Part shown: piece after piece, positions 24,772 to 37,043 of the stretch
How the letters are laid out: each line of letters begins with the position of its first letter
How positions within the stretch are numbered: the first letter of the stretch is position 1
From: Haliotis rubra
Lineage: Eukaryota
Assembly (NCBI RefSeq): GCF_003918875.1
Contig: NW_025767491.1
Span: forward strand, 248,001-312,000
DNA: 64,000 bases
Reading direction: 5' to 3'
Notes under the pieces: generated by a model
What the model was told of the DNA's origin: nothing
What the model saw: only the letters and a program-made list of their open reading frames with translations
Database searches by the model: none
Program-made: the position numbers and the translations under genes

Positions 24772-25385
24772 GACAGTGAAGGTCCGGGTTAGAATGATCC
24801 TTCAGTAACCCATGCTTGTCGTAAGAGGCGAATAACGGGATCGGGTGGTCAGGCTCGCTGACTTAGTTGACACATGTCATCGTATCCAAATTGCGCAGGG
24901 ACCGCCTCCGTGGTGTAGTGGTTAGAGCGTCCGCCCGGAGAGCGGAAGGTCGCGGGTTCGATCCCCGACCGCGTCAAACCAAAAGACGTTAAAATATGGT
25001 ACTTGTTGGTCCCTGCCTGGCGCTCGGCATTAATGGGTACAACAAGGACTGGTCGGCTCAGAGTCAGTATAATGTGTCTGAGTGGGGTATTCATGCTTCA
25101 CTGCGGCATGGTATCTCAGTGGGCTAGCACTATAAAACCAGCCTTAGTCTGGGCTAGTACAAGCAGCCGCACATACACATACACACGCATGCACGTCGTC
25201 ATATGAGCGAAATATTCTCAAGCACGACGTAAAACCCAATTTCACCTCACCTCACCCAATTGCGCAGGTCGATGCTGTTGCTGTTGATCACTGATTGTCT
25301 GGTCCAGACTCGATTATTTACAGACCGCCGCCATATAACTGGAATATTGCTGAGTGTGGCGTACAACTAAACTCACACACTCACT
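24772..25385 (+). mobile_element. Family C copy hosting a family B SINE
   Basis: Sequence resumes at TTGCGCAG after the insertion. Confidence 0.8.
24899..25256 (+). mobile_element. SINE family B (tRNA head plus Meta/MESC-like central domain), nested in a family C element
   Basis: A/B boxes; central CCAAAAGACGTTAAAATATGGTACTTG...CCTGGCGCTCGGCATTAA resembles the MetaSINE domain (from recall); TSD AATTGCGCAG; (CCTCA)n tail. Confidence 0.85.
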
Positions 25386-25409
25386 CTGGGGACCTGGGTG
25401 CTGCAGTAC

Positions 25410-25620
25410 CTTTATTTGTTGTTTAACGCCACAGGCAATGTTCCTGCTATACGGCAACGGTCTGAAAATAATCAAATCTGGACCAGACAATCCAGTGATT
25501 GACATCATGAGCATCGATCCATGCAACTGGGATAAGATGATATGTGTCAACCAAGTCAGCACGCCTGACCACTCGATACCCTTAGTCGCTGAAGGCCATT
25601 CTAATCCCGATCTTCACGGT
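25410..25620 (-). mobile_element. Family C, diverged
   Basis: Similarity to the family. Confidence 0.7.
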
Positions 25621-25695
25621 TTGGAGCAGTACTAAGCGAGTTGATCTTAAATCTCATGCCTTAACATGTACACATGCCTTATATAAATACGACAG

Positions 25696-26047
25696 GACCG
25701 CCTCCGTGGTGTAGTGGTAAGAGCGTCCGCCCGGAGAGCGGAAGGTCGCGGGTTCGATCCCCGACCGCGTCATACGAAAAGACGTTAAAATATGGTACTT
25801 GTTGGTCCCTGCCTGGCGCTCGGCATTAATGGGTACAACAAGGACTGGTCGGCTCGGAGTCAGTATACTGTGTCTGAGTGGGGTATTCATGCTTCACTGC
25901 GGCATGGTATCTCAGTGAGCTAGCACTATAAAACCAGCTTCATTCTGGGCTAGTACAAGCAGCCGCACATACACATACACACGCATGCACGTCGTCATAT
26001 GAGCGAAATATTCTCAAGCACGACGTAAAACCCAATTTCACCTCACC
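25696..26047 (+). mobile_element. SINE family B, full length
   Basis: Near-identical to the 24899 copy; TSD AATACGACAG. Confidence 0.85.
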
Positions 26048-26635
26048 TATGTAATACGACAGTCTTAGGGCTTAACTGGTTTTGTACAAGGGCTTCCCGT
26101 TCTAATCTGGACTGCAACGTCGAATTTTCTACCAGAACACACGTGAGTGAGAAGACTGAACGTTAAAAACGTAGAAAACACAGCTAAAATATACTCCCTC
26201 AATATACAAAACTGTGAAACTCGTATTTTGTTGTGGACTGTTGACTTGTTCTGCTTTCTGATCACGGAAACGTATTGATGGAGAAACAATCTTCAATGCA
26301 TAATAACGCAATGCCAGCATCCTTTCTTCTCATCAGGCTAAAAGTCAAATCTCACAATTAGATCGTAAACGTAAATTGAGGCGATGGTCGACGGACAACG
26401 TACTTGTGACTTAAAGGGACCATCCGTTTCATGTTTACATATCACACAATGTTGAGATACGATAACATTGTAACTCATAAGATGAGAGTATTTGCCGGGT
26501 CCACGTCATGCTCAATGAACAGTAGGACGTGGTGTGGAAAGTGTGATCTTAGGTTTGCATGTTTTGGGTTTGATAGGAATATATTATGTGCGCTTCTAAA
26601 TCTATAGCCAACGCGTCCGACCTCTTCCTTCATTG

Positions 26636-26931
26636 AGACCCATGAAGATTCGGGTTAGAATTGGTCTTCAGTAACCCATGCTTGTCGTAGTAGGCGACTA
26701 ACAGGATCAGGTGGTCAGGCTCGCTGACTTGGTGGACACATGTCATTGTATCGCAGTTGCGTAGGGGTATGCTTGTGCTGTTGATCACTGGAGTTTCTGG
26801 TCCAGACTCGATTATTTCCGGACCGCCGCTATATAGATTAGCTGGAATATTGCTCAGTGTTTCGTAAAACAAAGGGTGGTCGTGATCTCGTCCCACATTG
26901 GGTATCAGGGGTCTGCCTCACCCGACATCTT
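26636..26931 (+). mobile_element. Family C copy with the same 3' extension as 24231
   Basis: Shared ATATAGATTAGCTGG variant and ~65-bp extension. Confidence 0.8.
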
Positions 26932-28972
26932 GAATTCCTACGAAAGTTGGTACCGTGGACATGTCACGGGGACATTAAGTGTTAGAATTCCTGGGAATTC
27001 CGGTCCACTGGTTCATAATTTGACGTTTTTGATGTCGGGGCTAGCGTAAAAACATCATAAATAAAGCACTAAAATATAAACATGAGCATTTATATACAAA
27101 AACTACTTTTAATTGGTCCAATGCATCAATGTCATCTTTCAAAAGTCATGGTAAATTGTAAAGGCAGTCATAATACTGTAAGGTAACAGTGCTGTAATCA
27201 ACATGTTGAGAATAATATACGTTCAAGTACACTACTAGTATTCTAGTCGACACCTCAGTACAAGCATTATTGCTGGATGGCTTATGAACATTCATAAAAC
27301 TACAAGACGAGACACAGTTGTAAGACTGACTGACTGACTGAGTGAGTGAGTGAGATCAATTGTTTAGACTTATGGTAAAAGAGTAAGTCTTCCTGTTTTC
27401 ACAGGTTGAATGTTGAAGACCATCACATCACAGCCACATGTTCTTAACCGGACAAGTAGCTTGCACGATCTCTCCCCCTTCATCATCATCATCAAGATTC
27501 CACTCTCGTCCACAAACACGCTCGGACGCACACGCACACGCAAACATAAACGATCTCCCTTGGAAGATGTTTTTGGAGGAAATTCATGTCCATTTCATCT
27601 AAACACTTTGCTCCGTGAATACAGCCCGATCACTCAAATCACATTAAATATCGGTGTACGATGCTAGTGGCAAATGAATGCACAGATTCATCTTCCATTC
27701 GTCAGAAATACTGAAAGTGCTAAACATGAAAGACACAATTGCTTCGGGAAATCTGAAAACCGATAACTTAAGAGGTAACATCAGCACCAGAATGAGACAA
27801 ACGCCTACAATAAAGGACATGGTTATCAAACTGTAACATATCTCGCAGCATTCCCGCAATACTGAGACGACCAAATACTGCATAACCGTCACCTTAAAAC
27901 TATATATATAATAGAAAGGTAGAAGACTGACAAAAAAACAAATGGTTCTTACAAATATCGAATATTCACACAACATTCCTCCACCGAAATCTTACAAATA
28001 CCAAGCCAGAATGTGGCTAAAATGACATTTGTCTTGTACAGTAATAGGAAACAGTAATTACTCAAATATACGTCAAGTACATCTTACAATTCTGTTCATC
28101 CCTGTATAAGGCATTCCTGTTATTGCTGAAGTGTAACCATATATCACAGATAAAAACATACAACACTGTATCGACATGACTTCTAATTAAGGTAACAATA
28201 GACAATAGTAGTGTCAATAAGCAGAATCATGTTAAGCCTTTGTAACATTCAATATAAAATCTCAACGCCAAATAATGACTGAAATAGGACTCATTGGGCA
28301 TTAAAGGGAAAACAGCCATGAGAATTACAGGAATGGGTTACTGTAAATCTCTGATGACACCAGGTGTTCGCGCCAAAGGGGCAAACATGTCCTACACTAC
28401 CGGTAAGGGACCATCATGCATACAATTTGCATGAGAACTGAACTCACATATTATTCAATCACATATGTCAGGAAGAGAACCAAACGCAGCCTGGATCCCT
28501 TGGTCTGTTGCGCCTGCGCTAACGCTCCGACACAGACCCAGGGAACCAGGCTGAACCAAACGGCGAGACTGGGCTTCTGCTTTAAACCGTTAGAGAGGCG
28601 CATTCGCAAATAGATTACAATCCCAGCTTAATATAAAATCGTTCCGGTGAGAAATGTGAATTCTGTACATTTAAAGCAGAGATTCTAGCAGAAGGCGTCC
28701 ATATACATGTCAATCTTTGTTATTATTTGGAGAATCTAAACACACTTGTAGCATCAAAATACAAATTACATCTGCATACAGCGAAGCCCCGTTTATCCAG
28801 ACGGTATTGATAAGATGAAATCTCCTAAATGAACAAATGTGTGGATTAAAGAAACAGTGGAGTGTCACCCATGTATATTTATGTTGACGTCATTGACATG
28901 TTCTTCGGCGTAGCAGGGTATAAGGACAAACATTGTCGGGACAAACGAGGTCTCACTGTCATTTGATACTGA

Positions 28973-29150
28973 CTAGTCATCTTTGGGTTCTTTATATTTG
29001 ACGACACTCATTTCGAATGACTCATTGACAGATCGTCGGGCTTGATTATCTCCCTTTACTGTCGTCTTCTTTTTCTTGCTTCCAAGTTGACTGCGCCGAT
29101 GGTTGTTGCAGAGACACTCGAACCAGTCAGCAGTCTGGGGTTTCAGAACG
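28973..29150 (-). CDS. EXD1-like gene last exon (VLKPQT...KKKK...EPKDD*)
   Basis: tttctag| acceptor, phase 2, open to TAG. Confidence 0.82.
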
Positions 29151-32100
29151 CTAGAAATCGACTAACAAGTATTATTTAATTGAACTTGGCATCGGCAATG
29201 AATAAATAATTTAGTAACAAAAGGAAGAAGAGCTACTTCCCAACTCTATTGCCCATTTTCCAATTAAAGTACTTGCATTAATATCGAACTACTACTGAAG
29301 TCACATCGACAATGACTCCCGAGATATATCTGATCACGTACCTCTTGAGTCTGTCGTACAGGACGGTCACGAGGGGGACGACGTCGGCCGCGGCGGTGTT
29401 GAGCATGTCCTTGTTTAGAGGTCGCCGCGCCCAAACGTGCTGGTCCTCTCGCAGTAGACGCTGTAGACAGATGACGAGAAGATAGTGATCAGTGGTCGGT
29501 AGTGTTGGCATAAACATGAACATAGAACAGCATAACATCTCTCGATAGGAATAGGAGGACGGTGGGATAGACATGAACATGGAACAGTATAACATCTCTC
29601 GATAGGAATAGGAGGGCGGTGGCATAGACATGAACATGGAACAGTATAACATCTCTCATAGGAATAGGAGGGCGGTGGCATAGACATGAACATGGAACAG
29701 CATAACATCTCTCGATAGGAATAGGAGGGCGGTGGCATAGACATGAACATGGAACAGTATAACATCTCTCGATAGGAATGGGAGGGCGGTGGCATAGACA
29801 TGAACATGGAACAGTATAACATCTCTCGATAGGAATAGGAGGACGGTGGCATAGACATGAACATGGAACAGTATAACATCTCTCGATAGGAATAGGAGGG
29901 CGGTGGGATAGACATGAACATAGAACAGCATAACATCTCTCGATAGGAATAGGAGGGCGGTGACATGGACATGAACATAGAACAGCATAACATCTCTCGA
30001 TAGGACTAGGAGGGTGGTGACATAGACATGAACATAGAACGGCATAACATCTCTCGATAGGACTAGGAGGGCGGTGGGATAGACATGAACATAGAACAGC
30101 ATAACATCTCTCCATGGGACTAGGAGGGTGGTGACATGGACATGAACATAGAACAGCATAACATCTCTCCATGGGACTAGGAGGGCGGTGACATAGACAT
30201 GAACATAGAACAGTATAACATCTCTCGATAGGACTAGGAGGGTGGTGACATAGACATGAACATAGAACAGTATAACATCTCTCCATGGGACTAGGAGGGC
30301 GGTGACATAGACATGAACATAGAACAGTATAACATCTCTCGATAGGACTAGGAGGGTGGTGACATAGACATGAACATAGAACAGCATAACATCTCTCCAT
30401 GGGACTAGGAGGGCGGTGACATAGACATGAACATAGAACAGTATAACATCTCTCCATGGGACTAGGAGGGTGGTGACATGGACATGAACATAGAACAGTA
30501 TAACATCTCTCGATAGGACAAGGAGGGCGGTGGGATAGACATGAACATAGAACAGTATAACATCTCTCGATAGGACTAGGAGGGCGGTGACATGGACATG
30601 AACATAGAACAGCATAACATCTCGATAGGACTAGGAGGGCGGTGGCACAGACATGAACATAGAACAGTATAACATCTCTCGATAGGAATAGGAGGGCGGT
30701 GGCATAGACATGAACATAGAACAGTATAACATCTCTCGATAGGACAAGGAGGGCGGTGGGGTAGACATGAACATAGAACAGCATAACATCTCTCGATAGG
30801 AATAGGAGGGCGGTGACATGGACATGAACATAGAACAGCATAACATCTCTCGATAGGACTAGGAGGGCGGTGGGGTAGACATGAACATAGAACAGCATAA
30901 CATCTCTCGATAGGACTAGGAGGGCGGTGACATAGACATGAACATAGAACAGCATAACATCTCTCGATAGGACTAGGAGGGCGGTGGCATAGACATGAAC
31001 ATAGAACAGCATAACATCTCTCGATAGGACTAGGAGGGCGGTGGGGTAGACATGAACATAGAACAGCATAACATCTCTCGATAGGACTAGGAGGGCGGTG
31101 GGGTAGACATGAACATAGAACAGTATAACATCTCTCGATAGGACTAGGAGGGCGGTGGGGTAGACATGAACATAGAACAGTATAACATCTCTCGATAGGA
31201 CTAGGAGGGCGGTGACATAGACATGAACATAGAACACCATAACATCTCCCTCGATAGGACTAGGAGGGCGGTGGCATAGACATGAACATAGAACAGCATA
31301 ACATCTCCTCGATAGGGACTAGGGAGGGCGGTGGGATAGACATGAACATAGAACACCATAACATCTCGATAGGACTAGGAGGGCGGTGGCATAGACATGA
31401 ACATAGAACAGCATAACATCTCTCGATAGGACTAGGAGGGCGGTGGCATAGACATGAACATAGAACAGCATAACATCTCTCGATAGGACTAGGAGGGCGG
31501 TGGGGTAGACATGAACATAGAACACCATAACATCTCTCGATAGGACTAGGAGGGCGGTGGCATAGACATGAACATAGAACAGCATAACATCTCTCGATAG
31601 GACTAGGAGGGCGGTGGGGTGGACATGAACATAGAACACCATAACATCTCTCGATAGGACTAGGAGGGCGGTGGGGTAGACATGAACATAGAACAGCATA
31701 ACATCTCCTCGATAGGACTAGGAGGGCGGTGGGGGTAGACATGAACATAGAACAGTATAACATCTCTCGATAGGAATAGGAGGGCGGTGGGGTAGACATG
31801 AACATAGAACACCATAACATCTCCTCGATAGGACTAGGAGGGCAGTGGGCAGGACATGAACATAGAACACCATAACATCTCTCGATAGGACTAGGAGGGC
31901 GGTGGGGTAGACATGAACATAGAACACCATAACATCTCTCGATAGGACTAGGAGGGCGGTGGCATAGACATGAACATAGAACAGCATAACATCTCTCGAT
32001 AGGACTAGGAGGGCGGTGGGGTAGACATGAACATAGAACACCATAACATCTCTCGATAGGACTAGGAGGGCGGTGGGGTAGACATGAACATAGAACACCA

Positions 32101-35100
32101 TAACATCTCTCGATAGGACTAGGAGGGCGGTGGGGTAGACATGAACATAGAACAGCATAACATCTCTCGATAGGACTAGGAGGGCGGTGGGGTAGACATG
32201 AACATAGAACACCATAATATCTCTCGATAGGACTAGGAGGGTGGTGGGGTAGACATGAACATAGAACACCATAACATCTCTCGATAGGACTAGGAGGGCG
32301 GTGGGGTAGACATGAACATAGAACAGCATAACATCTCGATAGGACTAGGAGGGCGGTGGGGTAGACATGAACATAGAACAGCATAACATCTCTCGATAGG
32401 ACTAGGAGGGCGGTGACATGGACATGAACATAGAACAGCATAACATCTCTCGATAGGACTAGGAGGGCGGTGGGGTAGACATGAACATAGAACAGCATAA
32501 CATCTCTCGATAGGACTAGGAGGGCGGTGGGATAGACATGAACATAGAACAGCATAACATCTCTCGATAGGACTAGGAGGGCGGTGGCATAGACATGAAC
32601 ATAGAACAGCATAACATCTCTCGATAGGACTAGGAGGGCGGTGGCATAGACATGAACATAGAACAGCATAACATCTCTCGATAGGACTAGGAGGGCGGTG
32701 GCATAGACATGAACATAGAACAGCATAACATCTCTCGATAGGACTAGGAGGGCGGTGGGGTAGACATGAACATAGAACAGCATAACATCTCTCGATAGGA
32801 CTAGGAGGGCGGTGGCATAGACATGAACATAGAACAGCATAACATCTCTCGATAGGACTAGGAGGGCGGTGGCATAGACATGAACATAGAACAGCATAAC
32901 ATCTCTCGATAGGACTAGGAGGGCGGTGGCATAGACATGAACATAGAACAGCATAACATCTCTCGATAGGACTAGGAGGGCGGTGGGGTAGCCTAGTGAT
33001 TAGCCGTTCGCTCGTCACGCCGAAGACCCGGGTTCGATTCCCCACATGGGTACAATGTGTACATTTCTGGTGTACTTGCTGAAATATGTCTAAAAGCAGC
33101 GTAAAACTAAACTCACTCACTCACCCAATATGACTTTTCACCCATCTAAGATGGGGATCCGATCTTAATGCGCCGACGAACGTAAGCCTTTGTTATAATA
33201 TGGGAGTTACGGTCGCCTTAGCTGTCACCCTTTGTGGAAGCAGGCCCTGGGGCCCGTTTCACAAAGCTCTGGTAAGGCTAAGATGTCGTAACTTTCCTCG
33301 TAACATTCCTACCTCCTATACTGTAACATTGACGTACGATAGTCGTAGCGCTACGAGAGATTTATGAAACGGGGCCCTGGGCTCTATTGGTTGCCATAGT
33401 GCCGTCTCAGATGGACCTGATGGACCGGTGTTTGACGCTGCTCTTAATATCAACCTCTGGTTTGTATTGACAAGTTTGATTGGTTACAGCTGGAATATTC
33501 ATTAGATTGTAAACAGCTTACTCAGTGTCGGGGATAAAATGAGTATCAGTGAATCCACAACACACAGTTTTACATCATACGGAAAACTTTCGTTCATTCC
33601 AAGAAACAGGTATAACTTCACACATACCTCCAGTGGTGCTGAGGGAGTATACCCAACGATGTCGTATTTTGCAAACAAGGCGTTTTTGCTGATCATCCGA
33701 GGCGGAAGTCCGTACTCCTCCATTAGTACTCGATGCGCCACCTAGCGAGAGAAACATATATCTACGCGTGTAACTACAGTCAGCTCTCGTTAATCCGACA
33801 CTCATTAATCCGTCAATCACGTTAATTCGACAAAGAATTAGAGAACCATTTAAGTGAGGTGAGGTGAAATGGGGTTTTAACGTCGTACTTAAGAATATTT
33901 CGCTCATATGACGACGTGCATGCGTGTGTGTGTGTGCGGCTGTGTATTTAAGCTGCGGCTGCTTGTACGTCGCCCAGACTGAAGCTGGTTTTATAGTGCT
34001 CACTGAGATACCATGCCGCAGTTAAGCATGAATACCCCACTCAGACACATTATACTGACTCCAAGCCGACCAGTCCTTGTTGTACCCATTTATGCCGAGC
34101 GCCAGGCAGGGACCAACAAGTACCATATTTTAACGTCTTTTGGTTTGACGCGGCCGGGGATCGAACCCGCGACCTTCCGCTCTCCGGGCTGAGGAATCAT
34201 TTAAAACAGTGATAATTACTCTCGTTAGATAGTCTCTCAGTCCCCGGACAATAATATTGTCCCTTCCGTCCAACCCTGCCTTCAATACAAATGCACTAAA
34301 TGAAACAAGTCTCGATTTCCTCAGTCGCCATTACAATTATCACTAGGGTTCTTTTTTCAATTTAACTGGAGTTATTTGTTATCAACATTATATATTTTCA
34401 GAGACTAAGTGTTAGTCTACGCGTCAGAATACAAGTGTGCTTTGGTACAGAAGGGGGTAGGGTAATTCATTCTGTCACAAAGTTTATCTGTGTGTTTAAG
34501 GTGTGGTCAGCTGTTTGGGGGTACCTGCGTGTCGAAGACGTTCCTCAGTGCGACACCGAATCCACGATGGAGGGCCGCTGCATCGGCAGCGCAGTCGTGT
34601 ATGACCTGGGAAACAAAGTACAGTCTACTGAATGAACGGTTTGAGTGGCATTTTAGTACGAATTGAGAAAACCTATGAAAAAGTAGTCAAATGTAACATA
34701 TGTTCTTATTTAAATGACACATTCATAAAAAAAATCTAGCATTTATACTTTATCAAACGTTTTATTAATTGAGCAGACTCACTGTGTATATGTCTATTTT
34801 GGATTATAAGGACCAACCACAACTTTTTAACTTTAACTTGCCATTCATTATCACTAATATCATAATACCGTTTAATTTAAGTGAAATTCCATACATTACC
34901 TTCTCTCCAAACCCAACAGCATACCCTTATAGGTAAAAAATCATTTCCCATTCTGCCTACAGTAGTGCTGTAGGCAAGCTGGGATGTAGGCAAATTGGGA
35001 CTGTAGGAAGAATGGGATGCGGGCCAGTTAACAAGTAAGAGGGGTACACAAAGTACGTGATCTCGGCTACAAGTTGTCAGACCCCTCTGCTCATTAACTG

Positions 35101-36466
35101 TCGGGTGTTTCCGTAATAGGCGGAAATACGAGTACGTTTTTGTGTTTTTATTGCTATTTTACAAACTTTTTGTTCAATTTTAATCACGGAATGTGACTTT
35201 TACAATATCCTTTACAATATATCAAAAGTTTTGTTTTCGTTCGTATTCTCCTTTAATGGAAGCTGCGGTGGCTGAGTGGGATGGAGAGCCGATATTGTGT
35301 GCTGGCGTTTAGGTGCGTCACTCTGCCTCACTGTTCGAATACCGTATGGAACTCAATCCGGGTGAACTCATTTCTCTCACACTGAACTAATTTCTATGAG
35401 ATTAAACTAATCTATTTAAGTTTCCTTTTGAGTTTAACGTATTTATTGAAACTGGACTAATGTTTGGAGATGGAACTGATTTCACAAAAACTGAATCAGT
35501 TTATTAGTTCAATTTAGGTAAACAATAAGGTATGTCAGATTAGAATACTTCGATTAAGATTGAACAAATGTCTTTCTGGTGAAATGTATTCATTAGATTG
35601 AACGTGTACTAGCCACACACTAGCGGACTGATACGGACAAGCCGGTAGCCGTGACAGTGTACTGGAGCAGTACCTTGGTGACTTCAGTACTCTGGAACAG
35701 TCTGATCAGACCACCGTCGAGGATGATGTTCCTGTCTCGTCTCACGTCGAAAGCGTACACGTCACCCTGTAGCGTTGCTACGACAATCAGATAAATGGTA
35801 CCTATGAAAGAAAATAATCCTGATTATTTCAAAATGTTTCAATCAATATGAATATGACTGAATCAATTAATATTTGTTATACATAAAACGAATCTACTCA
35901 AATACTTTAAAAGCTGAAGAAATTTCATATAAAACATAAGAAATTATGAAACGAGGAATCTCAGTGAATATATTCTACCTTATGTACTCATCATAGAAAA
36001 TAATAAATACCTGATAAAATGGACTTGGTTAAAACAGAATTGTGTTGTATCTAAGTTAATTACTGCATATAACTTCCTGCAAGGTTCGAGTTTATGTAAG
36101 AAAAGTGATAAGATTTTATATACTCATGATAACTATGGAAACTTCATTTGTCACTGGGGCTTCAATTTTTAATTGGAGAGGGGTGGGGTTGAGGTGTGTG
36201 TGACCCAGGTTCGGGGTGGGGAGGGTAAGAATGACAACCATTATTGGCATGAGTATATAATGATAACTATCTAAACTTCATTTGAAACTTGTCAAATATT
36301 GAATATTACTCATATTTTTATGTCAGTCATTCGTGAAATGGGACGTACCTTTACCTCCTGCATTGGCCCCCTTGCAACTGACCCCAACCACAGGGGATGA
36401 GACGAGGATGTCGTGCACTGCCTTCTCGGACGCCGGCGCAGATGACACGAGATGGATCCGCGGCAT
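28973..36466 (-). CDS. EXD1/Egalitarian-like DEDDy 3'-5' exonuclease-fold protein, 245 aa, 6 coding exons (whole-gene span)
   Basis: Exons 36466-36349, 35801-35674, 34605-34525, 33741-33628, 29460-29342, 29150-28973; all GT-AG and phase-compatible. Motifs VVGVSCKG, VYAFDV, KVIHDCAAD, LRNVFDTQVAH and WARRPLNKDMLNTAAADV match the Egl/EXD1-like exonuclease family. An in-frame TGA upstream of the ATG fixes the start. Confidence 0.9.
29342..29460 (-). CDS. EXD1-like gene exon 5 (RLLRED...WARRPL...YDRLK)
   Basis: tctacag| acceptor, AG|GTACGT donor, WxxRPL/ExoIII region. Confidence 0.92.
29500..32991. repeat. 57-bp minisatellite, ~61 copies, in EXD1-like intron 4
   Basis: Unit AGGAGGGCGGTGG(GG/CA)TAGACATGAACATAGAACAGCATAACATCTCTCGATAGGACT. 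Confidence 0.97.
32978..33124 (+). mobile_element. SINE family A abutting the 57-bp minisatellite
   Basis: The head is continuous with the last minisatellite unit. Confidence 0.82.
33153..33376. mobile_element. Two abutting Harbinger-type MITEs (33153-33246, 33250-33376)
   Basis: GGGCC termini sharing a CTG target site. Confidence 0.65.
33628..33741 (-). CDS. EXD1-like gene exon 4 (VAHRVLMEE...SAPLE)
   Basis: ctcgctag| acceptor, GAG|GTATGT donor. Confidence 0.88.
33854..34189 (-). mobile_element. SINE family B in EXD1-like intron 3
   Basis: Slightly 5'-truncated; GAA(C/T)CATTTAA direct flanks. Confidence 0.85.
34525..34605 (-). CDS. EXD1-like gene exon 3 (VIHDCAAD...NVFDTQ)
   Basis: ttcccag| acceptor, CAG|GTA donor, ExoII motif. 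Confidence 0.92.
35674..35801 (-). CDS. EXD1-like gene exon 2 (GTIYLIVV...STEVTK)
   Basis: ctttcatag| acceptor, AAG|GTA donor, 128 nt, phase 1 to 0. Confidence 0.9.
36349..36466 (-). CDS. EXD1-like gene coding exon 1 (MPRIHLV...GANAGGK)
   Basis: aacATG start, donor AAAG|GTACGT; the exon extends as 5'UTR to an acceptor at 36502 after a long pyrimidine tract. Confidence 0.85.
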
Positions 36467-36614
36467 GTTGCCGTCAGGGCGTCACAGCACGTCCACGGGG
36501 AGCTGACATGACAGTGTCAAAACATCAAGGAGGAGACAAAGATCAAAGAGAGAGCCAAAAAAACCATAATGCTATTTGTGACCAGGTGTAGCACTCGCAG
36601 CATCGATATTAGTG

Positions 36615-36770
36615 GGCGAGTGAGTCAGTTAAAATTCACGCCGCTTTTAGCAATATTCCAGCAAGATGACGGCGGGGTACACCAAGAATGGGTTTCACAC
36701 ATGCGGGAGTCGAACACGGGACTTCGGCGTGACGAACGAACGCTTTAACCACCAGGCTATCCCACCACCC
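36615..36770 (-). mobile_element. SINE family A
   Basis: Similarity to the family. Confidence 0.75.
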
Positions 36771-36860
36771 TTCATCAGTATCATGTTCAGGATACGTTTG
36801 TGTATCATATGAACCATCATCTTCCCGTGGAACGCGGATTCACATCTTTGATGTCTGTAG

Positions 36861-37043
36861 TGAGTGAGTTTAGTTTTATGCCGCACTCAGCAATATTCCA
36901 GCTATTTGGCGGCGGCCTGTAAATAATCGAATCTGGACCAGACAATCCAGTGATCAACAGCATGAGCATCGATCTGCGCAATAGGGAACCGATGACATGT
37001 GTCAACCAAGCCAGCGAGCCTGACCACCCGGGCGTTCACGGGT
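36861..37043 (-). mobile_element. Family C with internal head deletion
   Basis: 14-bp TSD TTTGATGTCTGTAG. Confidence 0.85.

Noticed and set aside
29278-33120. Very long minus-strand ORFs (up to 583 aa) with Cys-rich or hydrophobic repeats
   Set aside because: Artefact of a 57-bp (3n) minisatellite inside an intron; two frames are open at once. Only 29342-29460 is a real exon.
35259-35365. tRNA-like segment with a partial inverted relative at ~62657-62725
   Set aside because: Too degenerate to call a tRNA; probably an old fourth SINE family, but its boundaries cannot be supported.
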